A DNA stretch of 64,000 bases from Myxococcota bacterium (GTDB lineage Bacteria; Myxococcota_A; UBA796; UBA2385), in contig JBIJDH010000001.1 of assembly GCA_044344255.1 (NCBI GenBank), forward strand, positions 256,001 to 320,000, given 5' to 3'. The notes below the pieces were generated by a model. The model was not told the DNA's origin. It saw only the letters and a list, made by a program, of their open reading frames with translations, and did not search any database. Shown here piece by piece: positions 8,689-16,854 of this stretch; the first letter of the stretch is position 1; each line of letters starts with the position of its first letter. The position numbers and the translations under genes are program-made.

Positions 8689-10347
8689 CTATCCCGATGA
8701 GGCCTCCCCCACCTCACCGACCCGCCGGAGGCCGAGCTTCTGCATCCGGCTCTGGAGGGTGGAGGGCTTGAGGCCGAGGCGCTCGGCGGCGCCGCCCTTG
8801 CCATAGATGCGCCCCTGCGTCTGCTCGAGGGTGCGGCGGATGTGCTCCCGCTCGGCGTCGGCGAGGCCCACCGGGGCGGGCTCCACCGCTGGTGCGGGTG
8901 GCGCGGCGGGCGGCGGGACGACCGGCGCCACCTCCGCGACGAGGCGGCGGGTGATGAGGCCGGGGCCGGCCTCGGCCGCCACGCTGTCGACGGTGAGCTC
9001 ACCCCTCGGCACGAGGATCGTGGCCCGCTCCAGTACGTTGACGAGCTGTCGCACGTTGCCCGGCCAGGGGAGGCCGGCGAGGAGGTGCAGGGCGTCGCGG
9101 TGCATCGACCAGGGCCCGCGCCCCGTGCGGCGACGGATGCGGGCCAGCACCGAGCGGGTGATGGGCTCGATGTCCTCGACCCGCTCCCGCAGCGGGGGGA
9201 TGCGCAAGGGGAAGACCGCGAGGCGGTAGTAGAGGTCCTCCCGGAAGCGGCCCGCGCGCACCGCCTCCTCGAGGCCGACGTGGGTGGCAGCGAGCAGGCG
9301 CACGTCCACCTTGACAGGTCGGTCGGCGCCCACGGGATCGAAGGTGCCGTCCTGCAACACCCGCAGCAGCTTCGCTTGGATGGAGAGGGGCAGCTCACCG
9401 AGCTCATCGAGGAGCAGGGTGCCGCCGTTGGCCACGAGGAAGCGGCCGGGGCGGCTCGCGGTCGCGCCGGAGAAGGCGCCCTTGACGTGGCCGAAGAGCT
9501 CGCTCTCGACGAGGCTCTCGGGGATGGCCGCACAGTTGACCTTGATGAAGGGCTGGCTCTTGCGGGTGCTCCAGGCGTGCAGGGCCTGGGCCAGCACCTC
9601 CTTGCCCGAGCCGGTCTCGCCGAGGATGAGCACGGGGGCGTCAGTGGGGGCCACCTGCAGCGCGAGCCGGGCCAGCGCCCGCATCGCCGGGGAGCGGCTG
9701 CCCTCGAGCTGCTCGCCGGCCTCGTCGGCGCCGCCGACCTCCGCCTCGAGCAGGCGGTTCTGCTCCTCGAGGCGCTCGCGGTACCGGTCAAGCAGCTCAG
9801 CCTGCTCGGCGTAGGCCATAGCGAGGGAGACGATCTGACCGTAGACCCCCGCCAATTCGACCACCGCCGCCGGGTAGGGAGCGCACTCCCGCCGGTCAAA
9901 GGTCATCGCCCCCAGCGCGCGCTCGCCCGCGAAGAGGGGCACGACCATGCAGGAGTGGCCATGCGGGAGGTCAAGCAGGCCATCGTAGGGGTCTCCCTCG
10001 GCGGAGGCGTGGTGGTGGTCAAGCAGCGCGATGGGGCGCCGCGTCTCCATCGACCGCCGCACGGTGGGGAAGCTCTTCAAGGGGATGTGGTGGGCGCGCA
10101 CCCGCTCATCGGCGAGCAGGCCCCGAGCGGCGCGGACGCGGAGCTCATCCCCCTGGAGCTCGAGCACCGCCGCCAGATCGTAGGGCACGAGCGACTGGAG
10201 GGCGGCGAGGGCCCGATCGAGCACCTCCCCCACAGCGGCGGGGCGCCCGGCGAGGGCGGCGAGCTCCCGCAGATCGCGGGTAGCGTCGATGGGCGGGGCG
10301 CGGCGCTCCAGGGCGGCCGCCGGGGGAGGAGGGAGGGGCGAGCTCAT
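8689..10347 (-). CDS. sigma54-dependent activator, GAF-AAA+-HTH with a NorR-type GAF (probably PexR-like)
   Basis: GETGSGKE, ESELFGH, GAFSGA and FREDLYYRL motifs; C-terminal Fis-type HTH; GAF carries DPYDGL...HSC...TFD as in NorR. Start set at ATG 10347. Confidence 0.9.
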   Translation of the reverse strand: MSSPLPPPPAAALERRAPPIDATRDLRELAALAGRPAAVGEVLDRALAALQSLVPYDLAAVLELQGDELRVRAARGLLADERVRAHHIPLKSFPTVRRSMETRRPIALLDHHHASAEGDPYDGLLDLPHGHSCMVVPLFAGERALGAMTFDRRECAPYPAAVVELAGVYGQIVSLAMAYAEQAELLDRYRERLEEQNRLLEAEVGGADEAGEQLEGSRSPAMRALARLALQVAPTDAPVLILGETGSGKEVLAQALHAWSTRKSQPFIKVNCAAIPESLVESELFGHVKGAFSGATASRPGRFLVANGGTLLLDELGELPLSIQAKLLRVLQDGTFDPVGADRPVKVDVRLLAATHVGLEEAVRAGRFREDLYYRLAVFPLRIPPLRERVEDIEPITRSVLARIRRRTGRGPWSMHRDALHLLAGLPWPGNVRQLVNVLERATILVPRGELTVDSVAAEAGPGLITRRLVAEVAPVVPPPAAPPAPAVEPAPVGLADAEREHIRRTLEQTQGRIYGKGGAAERLGLKPSTLQSRMQKLGLRRVGEVGEASSG

Positions 10348-10373
10348 GGGTGCGGCGCTCCGGCTGTGGCCCC

Positions 10374-10472
10374 CACCGATATCTCGGTGCACCGACACCG
10401 TCATTTCGGTGACATTCGACACCGAACTGGTGCCCACACCGACGCTGCACGGCGAAATGCCGATCTTCGGCG
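10374..10472. promoter_or_regulatory. candidate enhancer (UAS) sites for the sigma54 activator
   Basis: Cluster of imperfect palindromes (CACCGATATCTCGGTG, CCGTCATTTCGGTG, CACCGAACTGGTG, GCCGATCTTCGGC) just upstream of the -24/-12 element. Confidence 0.45.
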
Positions 10473-10483
10473 CCACGGTGGGC

Positions 10484-10499
10484 TGGCACGCGGCTTGCA
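10484..10499 (+). promoter_or_regulatory. sigma54 (-24/-12) promoter of ahpC-ahpD
   Basis: TGGCACGCGGCTTGCA matches TGGCACG-N4-TTGCW; ~110 bp upstream of ahpC and divergent from a bEBP gene. Confidence 0.85.
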
Positions 10500-10608
10500 G
10501 AAGGGGTCTGCACGGCGGCGCCCACCGACGCCGCCCCGGCCGGCTCCCGCGAGCCGCTCGCGCCCCAGACACACCGACGACCGAGCCCACGGCTCACCCG
10601 GAGAGACC

Positions 10609-11145
10609 ATGCTGACCATCGGCGACACCTTCCCCACCTTCTCCCTCACCGCAGTCACCAGCCGCGAGAAGGGCCAGGAGTTCACCACCCTCACCGAGGC
10701 GACCGCCGAGGGCGAGTGGAGCGTCTACTTCTCCTGGCCGATGGACTTCACCTTCATCTGCCCCACCGAGATCGCCGAGTTCAGCCGCCGCGCGCGTGAC
10801 TTCGCCGACCGCAGCACCCGCGTGGTGGGCTTCTCCACCGACACGCACTTCGTCCACCTCGCCTGGCGTAACCACCACAAGGACCTCGCCGACCTCGTCA
10901 TCCCGATGGTGGCCGACACCAAGCGTGAGCTCTCGACCGCCCTCGGCATCCTCCACAAGCAGGACGGTGTCGCCCTCCGCGCCACCTTCATCGTCGATCC
11001 CCAGGGGATCATCCGCTGGGTGAGCGTCAACGACCTCGGCGTCGGCCGCAGCGTGCCCGAGGTGCTGCGCGTGCTCGACGCGCTCCAGACCGACGAGCTC
11101 TGCCCCTGCAACTGGACCCCCGGCCAGGCCACCCTTGGAGCCTGA
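10609..11145 (+). CDS. ahpC: peroxiredoxin AhpC
   Basis: WPMDFTFICPTE, ALRATFIVDP and ELCPCNW motifs; RBS GGAGAG. Confidence 0.95.
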   Translation: MLTIGDTFPTFSLTAVTSREKGQEFTTLTEATAEGEWSVYFSWPMDFTFICPTEIAEFSRRARDFADRSTRVVGFSTDTHFVHLAWRNHHKDLADLVIPMVADTKRELSTALGILHKQDGVALRATFIVDPQGIIRWVSVNDLGVGRSVPEVLRVLDALQTDELCPCNWTPGQATLGA

Positions 11146-11161
11146 GAAGGCGGAGGCTGAC

Positions 11162-11683
11162 ATGGAACAGATCGAAGCGCTGCGCAGCACGATCCCGGAC
11201 TTCGCCCGGGACCTCTCCCTCAACCTGCAGACCACGCTGTCCGGCGGCTCGCTCAGCCCCCGCCAGCGATGGGGGGTGGCGCTGGCCACCGCCATCACCG
11301 CCGGGAGCCCGGCGCTCCGATCGGCCGTCGAGGCCGACGCCGCCACCGCGACCGACGCCGCCACCCTCGACGACGCCCGCGCCGGCGCCGCCCTGATGGC
11401 GATGAACAACGTCTACTACCGCTTCCGCCACATCATCGGGAAGGAGACCTACAGCCAGATGCCGGCCCGCCTGCGCATGCAGCGCATCGCCAAGCCGGCC
11501 ACCGACAAGGCGACCTTCGAGCTCATCTGCCTCGCGGTCAGCACCATCAACGGCTGCGAGGCCTGCGTGCGCTCCCACGAGGCGGCGGTGCTCCACGCTG
11601 GGCTCACCGAGGAGAACGTCCACGACGCCATCCGCATCGCGGCGACGATGCGAGGGGTGGCGGTGGCGCTCGGGGCGACCTGA
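11162..11683 (+). CDS. ahpD: alkyl hydroperoxide reductase AhpD
   Basis: MAMNNVYYRF and INGCEACVRSH (CxxC) motifs; RBS GGAGG; follows ahpC. Confidence 0.93.
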   Translation: MEQIEALRSTIPDFARDLSLNLQTTLSGGSLSPRQRWGVALATAITAGSPALRSAVEADAATATDAATLDDARAGAALMAMNNVYYRFRHIIGKETYSQMPARLRMQRIAKPATDKATFELICLAVSTINGCEACVRSHEAAVLHAGLTEENVHDAIRIAATMRGVAVALGAT

Positions 11684-11698
11684 CCGAGCCCGTAAGGC

Positions 11699-12439
11699 TC
11701 AGTCGAGCATGCGGTCGAGGTGCTGGAGCGCCTGCTTCTTCCACCACGGCCAGTCATGCCGCGAGTCCCTGCCCCAGATGTCGGTCGTGTTCGGGATGCC
11801 CTTCTGGTCAAGGAGGCGCCCGAGCGCGATCGTCTCCTCGATGCAGCCCTCCTCGTAGGCCCCCTGCCCGCAGACGAGGGTGAGGTGGGTGTTGGCCCGC
11901 ACCCGCTCCAGCACCTCGCCGCCCATGTTCCGGACATAGAGCAGCGGGTTGTTGAAGTAGAGGTCGTCGTTGCTCTCCCCGTTGGTGAGCGCGGTCGCGA
12001 GGTAGCGGCCGCTCATGCAGAGCGCGCGACGAAAGACCGTCGGGTACTTGAGCGCGAAGTTCGCCGCATAGGTTGCGCCGAGGCTGCAGCCCATGGTCAT
12101 GACCGGCGCCTCGGGCCAGCGGCAGTCCTCCCGAATGAAGGGGACCATCTGCTCGAGGATGAAGCGCTCGTAGGCCTTGTGGCGCTGCATCCGGAAGGCG
12201 AGCGGGGTCTCCTTGCGGGTCCAGGCCTCGGCCACGTTGCTCTCGGGGCAGTAGAGCTTGACGCGCCCGCGGGAGAGCAGCGGCTCCAGGGCCGCGATCA
12301 TCCCCTGGGCGTCCCACTCGTGGGCGAAGCCGGCCGCCGAGGGAAAGACAAGGACGGGCGGACCGAAGTGCCCGTAACACCAGAGGTGGACCTTCCGCCC
12401 CATCGCGGGGCTGTCGAGCAACAGGTATCGGCCAGCCAT
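11699..12439 (-). CDS. putative esterase (alpha/beta hydrolase)
   Basis: YGHFGPPVLVFP, GCSLG nucleophile elbow and HDWPWW motifs. Confidence 0.85.
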   Translation of the reverse strand: MAGRYLLLDSPAMGRKVHLWCYGHFGPPVLVFPSAAGFAHEWDAQGMIAALEPLLSRGRVKLYCPESNVAEAWTRKETPLAFRMQRHKAYERFILEQMVPFIREDCRWPEAPVMTMGCSLGATYAANFALKYPTVFRRALCMSGRYLATALTNGESNDDLYFNNPLLYVRNMGGEVLERVRANTHLTLVCGQGAYEEGCIEETIALGRLLDQKGIPNTTDIWGRDSRHDWPWWKKQALQHLDRMLD

Positions 12440-12474
12440 GAACACTCCAGCGTGGGCGGGGGCGTCTATCCCGG

Positions 12475-13518
12475 TCAGGGGATGTCCATCCGGACGATCG
12501 CCGGGGCGCCGCGCTCCCCCGCCCGCCACTCCCGGAGCGCGGAGCTGGCCACGTAGATCCGGCCCACGCCGTCGGTCTCGTCGACCAGCACGGCGGCCGG
12601 ATCGTCAAAGGGGGGGCCGCTGCCGAGCTCGGTGACAGAGTCATCCGCTCCGATCTCGACGAGGCGATCGGTCCAGCCCACCGCCGCGAAGACCCGCCCG
12701 TCGAGCGTGCGGGCGAGGCCGTCGAGCCCGGCGAGCGCGCAGTCCGGGCCCGCCACCACCTCCACAGGGCCGGCGCTGGCGTCGGACACGACCGGGAAGC
12801 GGAAGAGCGTGCCTGTGTCCGCGTTGGTGACGTAGACGTAGCCCGACGCGAAGAGGATCCCGCTCGCGCCGAACGCGCTGGAACGGTCGCTGCCACAGGC
12901 CGTGGGGTCACCCTGGAGCGTCGGGTCCTCCGACCAGAGGTCAAGGCTGGAGCCCCCGTCCCACCGCCAGATCCGGCCCGCGGAGTCCGTCAGGTACACG
13001 CGCAGCGCCGTGTCCATGGCGAGGTGCTGCGGATCGACGACGCCCTCGGCGGTGGCGACGAGGCTCGCCTCGCCCCCGCCCTCGGGGATGAGGTAGAGCC
13101 CGCTCGCAACATCGACCGAGGAGGAGGCGAGGGCGGCGTAGAGCTGGCCTTCGTAGTCCGCCAGGAGCCCGTTGAGCTGCCCTTGACCGGCCGTGAAGGG
13201 CACGCGGGCGTAGCTGCTCACGCGGCCCCGACTGTCGACCTTCGCCACCTCGCCCGTGGGGGCGAAGCTCACGTAGAGCTTCTCGCCGAAGCGGGTGAGA
13301 CCACGGGGATACTGCTCCTTGCTCGTGTCAAAGCCCGTGAACTCCCCAGGGAGGGCCGGAGCCGGGCCCCCGGTGTCGGAGGGGCTGGCAGAGTCCCCGC
13401 CGCTCTCCTCTTCGGCGGGCTTCGCCTCGGTCGCCTGCGGGCTGCAGGCTCCCGCGAAGGAGAGCCCCCCGACGAGGAGGATCACCGTGCTTCTCCGGTC
13501 GAGACCCCGCTGCCGCAT
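12475..13518 (-). CDS. SMP-30/gluconolactonase-like beta-propeller lipoprotein
   Basis: FAGAC lipobox; propeller blades (NGLLAD, VYLTDS, LDGLA). Confidence 0.7.
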   Translation of the reverse strand: MRQRGLDRRSTVILLVGGLSFAGACSPQATEAKPAEEESGGDSASPSDTGGPAPALPGEFTGFDTSKEQYPRGLTRFGEKLYVSFAPTGEVAKVDSRGRVSSYARVPFTAGQGQLNGLLADYEGQLYAALASSSVDVASGLYLIPEGGGEASLVATAEGVVDPQHLAMDTALRVYLTDSAGRIWRWDGGSSLDLWSEDPTLQGDPTACGSDRSSAFGASGILFASGYVYVTNADTGTLFRFPVVSDASAGPVEVVAGPDCALAGLDGLARTLDGRVFAAVGWTDRLVEIGADDSVTELGSGPPFDDPAAVLVDETDGVGRIYVASSALREWRAGERGAPAIVRMDIP

Positions 13519-13548
13519 CGCGCCTCCGCCCCTGCGTTCGCCACACCC

Positions 13549-14946
13549 TCAGCCGACCCACAGCGGCGCCAGTAACACCCCCAAAGCGCCGATGAGCGCG
13601 CAGGCCACGAGGGTCTGCACCATCCCCACCTTGTACCGCAGCATCGCCACACCGGCGCCGAGCGTGAGGAGGCCCGCCGCCCAGCGGAAGGAGCCCCAGA
13701 CGGGCCAGAGCAGGGAGAGGGGGCCGAAGGTCCACGTCTCCTGGGCGCCAAACAAGACGTGGAGCGCGAACCAGAGGGCGAGGTGGAGCACCACCCCGAC
13801 GATCGCGGCGGTGATCGCCGAGAGGGCCGCGTGCAGGGTCCGGTTGCCGCGGAGAGACTCCATGAAGGGCCCGCCCGCCAGCACCCAGAGGAAGGAGGGC
13901 ACGAAGGTCACCGTCGTGGTGAGCAGCGCGCCGAGGCAGCCGGCGAGCAGCGGCGGCAGCCCGCCCGGGCGGCCGAAGGCGCCGAGGAAGCCAACGAACT
14001 GGACCACCAGGATCAGCGGCCCGGGCGTGGTCTCGGCGAGCCCGAGGCCGTCCAGCATCTGCCCCGGCTGCATCCACCCCTGCACCCGGACCGCCTGATC
14101 GGCCACATACGCGAGCACCGAGTAGGCCCCCCCGAAGGTCACGACCGCCGCCTTCGAGAAGAAGAGCCCCTCCGCGACATAGACGCTGTCCGGCCCGGCG
14201 AGGGCCCAGGCGAGGGCGGTGGGGGCGGCCCAGAGGCCGAGCCCGACGAGCCCCACCACCGCCAGCCTTGGCCCGTTCGGGCGGGTGTGCTCGAGGCGCC
14301 CCGCCCGCTCCATCCAGGCCACGACAGAGTCCTCCGCCGGCTGCGCCGGCACCGCCGCCGCTCCCCCTGGAGGAGCTCCGACACGCGCCCACAAGGCCCC
14401 AAAGACCCCCGCCACCAGCACCACGACAGGAAAGGGCACCGCCAAGAGCGCCAGGGCCACGAAGGCCGCCGCCGCCACGCCGACCTGGGCGGGGCCGCGC
14501 AGGGCCCGTCGCCCGAGGCGCTGGACGGCCTCGAGCACCACGATGAGCACCGCAGCCTTGAGCCCGAAGAAGGCGCCCTCGCCCACCGGCAGGCTCCCGA
14601 CCGTCACATAAAACAGCGAGAGGGCCAGCATCAGCAGGGCGCCCGGCAGGATGAAGAGCCCCCCGGACAGGAGGCCCCCCGGGATGCCATGGAGGAGCCA
14701 GCCGATGTAGGTGGCGAGCTGTTGGGCCTCGGGCCCGGGGAGCAGCATGCAGTAGTTGAGCGCGTGCAGGAATCGGGCCTCGTCGACCCACCGGCGGCGC
14801 TCGACCACCTCCCGATGGAGCAGCGCGATCTGCCCCGCGGGGCCCCCGAAGCTCAAGAGGCCGATGCGCAGCCAAAGTCGGGCAGCCTCAGCGAGCGAAG
14901 GCGCAGTGGGCGTGGGCAGCGCCGCCTCGGTGACAGCGCCGCTCAG
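13549..14946 (-). CDS. chrA: chromate transporter, long-chain CHR family
   Basis: SFGGPAGQIA, LLPGPEAQQLA, TFGGAY and ETTPGP motifs. The family N-terminus (SLAEAARLWLRIGLL) lies upstream of the track's TTG 14856, so the start is probably CTG 14946. Confidence 0.9.
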   Translation of the reverse strand: MSGAVTEAALPTPTAPSLAEAARLWLRIGLLSFGGPAGQIALLHREVVERRRWVDEARFLHALNYCMLLPGPEAQQLATYIGWLLHGIPGGLLSGGLFILPGALLMLALSLFYVTVGSLPVGEGAFFGLKAAVLIVVLEAVQRLGRRALRGPAQVGVAAAAFVALALLAVPFPVVVLVAGVFGALWARVGAPPGGAAAVPAQPAEDSVVAWMERAGRLEHTRPNGPRLAVVGLVGLGLWAAPTALAWALAGPDSVYVAEGLFFSKAAVVTFGGAYSVLAYVADQAVRVQGWMQPGQMLDGLGLAETTPGPLILVVQFVGFLGAFGRPGGLPPLLAGCLGALLTTTVTFVPSFLWVLAGGPFMESLRGNRTLHAALSAITAAIVGVVLHLALWFALHVLFGAQETWTFGPLSLLWPVWGSFRWAAGLLTLGAGVAMLRYKVGMVQTLVACALIGALGVLLAPLWVG

Positions 14947-15416
14947 GTCGGGCCCGCGCAGCCGTCGCAGGTGCCACGGAGCTGGATCTCAACGCGGCCC
15001 TGGCGCACACCCGCGGGGAGGTCCGTCCGCCCGCCGACCTCGAGCCGCACACCTCGGAGGCACTTCACGTCGCCGCAGCGCACGCAGAGGAAGTGAGGGT
15101 GGCCATCCTCACCGCCCTCCAGCCGGAGCTCGTAACGCCAGAGGTGATCCCCGAGGTCGGCGCGGGTGAGCAGGCCGTGCTCGGAGAGGTCCGAGAGGTT
15201 GCGGAAGAGCGTCGCCCGGTCCCACTCCGCGCCGCCGAGCGCCTCGACCACCTGCGCGTGGCTGAGGGGCGCTCCCCGCTCGGCGAGGAGCCGCAGCACC
15301 GCGGTGCGGGCCGGCGTGCACCGGAGGCCAGCCGCGCGGATTCTCCGCTTCAGCTCTCCATCTCCCCGGTCTGAATCTCCCTGGACCGGACCTTCCCGGT
15401 CTGCTTCGATCGCCAT
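14943..15416 (-). CDS. Fur family transcriptional regulator
   Basis: GLRCTPAR, DRATLFRNL, HPHFLCVRCG and C-terminal GTCDGC motifs. Confidence 0.88.
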   Translation of the reverse strand: MAIEADREGPVQGDSDRGDGELKRRIRAAGLRCTPARTAVLRLLAERGAPLSHAQVVEALGGAEWDRATLFRNLSDLSEHGLLTRADLGDHLWRYELRLEGGEDGHPHFLCVRCGDVKCLRGVRLEVGGRTDLPAGVRQGRVEIQLRGTCDGCAGPT

Positions 15417-15576
15417 CGTGTCCTCGTGCCCCGAGGCCGGGTATCCCGACATCCTCATGTCGAGCCTCGAACGCGGCACGGGCGACGGCGCGTTCTGTCT
15501 GCAACTTGAGAACACCTGCACGCCTGACTCCGGACACGGGCAGCGAGGGGGCCCCACCTTGGATAGCAGCCCGCGC

Positions 15577-16833
15577 ATGGAAAGCGACATCCTCATCATC
15601 GGCGGTGGGCCGGCCGGCATCTCCACCGCGCTCCACCTCCACGCGCGCCACCCCGAGCTGGCCGGGCGCACCCTCGTGCTGGAGAAGGAGCGGTATCCCC
15701 GAGAGAAGTACTGCGCCGGCGCCGTGGGAGCCCGCGCGCTCGACCTGCTGGCGAAGATCGGCGTCCGAGTGGACGTGCCGCGGGTGCCGATCGACGCCAT
15801 CACCTTCCGCACGCGGGACCACCTTCACCACATCCCCGAGCCCGGCTTCGGGGCCGTCATCCGCCGCATTCAGTTCGATCACGCCCTCGCCCAGGAGGCC
15901 CAGCGGCGCGGCATCGCCGTGCGAGACGGAGCAGCCGTGAAGGCGGTCACCCGCGGCGCCGACGGCGTGACCGTGACCCTCGCAGACGGCGAGACCCTGC
16001 GCGCCCGGGTGGTGGTGGGCGCAGACGGGGTCGGCAGCGTGGTGCGGCGAGAGACGGGCTTCTCGGGCGGGCACTTTCGCGCCCAGGTGATCGAGCTCGA
16101 CACCGAGCGCGCCGAGGGTGATCCGGCGCCCGACACGATCCACTTTGACGCTTCGATCCGAGATCTTCAAGGTTACGCCTGGGACTTCCCCACCATCGTA
16201 GAGGGTCGCGAGATGATCTGCCGCGGGGTCTACGTCATCCGCACCCTCGGCGCCGACAACGTCCAACACCGCCTCAAAGACTACCTCTCCGCAAAGGGGT
16301 TGGACATCAAGCGGTACAAGCTCAAGCCCTTCGGGGAGCGGGGCTTCCACCCCGGCGAGCCGATCTCGAAGGAGCGGGTCCTGCTGGTCGGAGAGGCCGC
16401 AGGCATCGACATCTCCACCGGCGAGGGCATCGCCCAGGCCATCACCTACGGGGAGCTCGCGTCCCGCTACCTGATCCGGGCCTTCGAGACCGGTGACTTC
16501 GCCTTCTCGAGCTGGAGGCGGACGGTGCTGCAAGATCGGGTCGGCTGGAACCTGCTCGGCCGCCTGATGCTCTACTACAGCTATTTTGGGCCCCAGCGGG
16601 CGGCGACCGAGGCCTTTCTCTACCGAAACCCGGCGCTGCTCCAGGTCTTCGCCGAGGAATTCGCCGGACACGGGCCCCGGGCGCGCACGCTGGCCCGGAG
16701 CGCCCTCGGGGCCGGCCTGTGGGGCCCCCTCTGGACCGCCCGCGCGGTGGCGGCCTGGGCGCGCGCGCCCGGCGCCGCTGCAGCGGCCGGAGCCCCGGAC
16801 CCCCGCCGCGCCGGGACCGACTCCAAGGGTTAG
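15577..16833 (+). CDS. FAD-dependent oxidoreductase (geranylgeranyl reductase-like)
   Basis: IIGGGPAG, YPREKYCAG, VVGADG and LVGEAAG..TGEGI motifs. Confidence 0.88.
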   Translation: MESDILIIGGGPAGISTALHLHARHPELAGRTLVLEKERYPREKYCAGAVGARALDLLAKIGVRVDVPRVPIDAITFRTRDHLHHIPEPGFGAVIRRIQFDHALAQEAQRRGIAVRDGAAVKAVTRGADGVTVTLADGETLRARVVVGADGVGSVVRRETGFSGGHFRAQVIELDTERAEGDPAPDTIHFDASIRDLQGYAWDFPTIVEGREMICRGVYVIRTLGADNVQHRLKDYLSAKGLDIKRYKLKPFGERGFHPGEPISKERVLLVGEAAGIDISTGEGIAQAITYGELASRYLIRAFETGDFAFSSWRRTVLQDRVGWNLLGRLMLYYSYFGPQRAATEAFLYRNPALLQVFAEEFAGHGPRARTLARSALGAGLWGPLWTARAVAAWARAPGAAAAAGAPDPRRAGTDSKG

Positions 16834-16854
16834 GGGCGGCGCCTCGGAGCGAAG

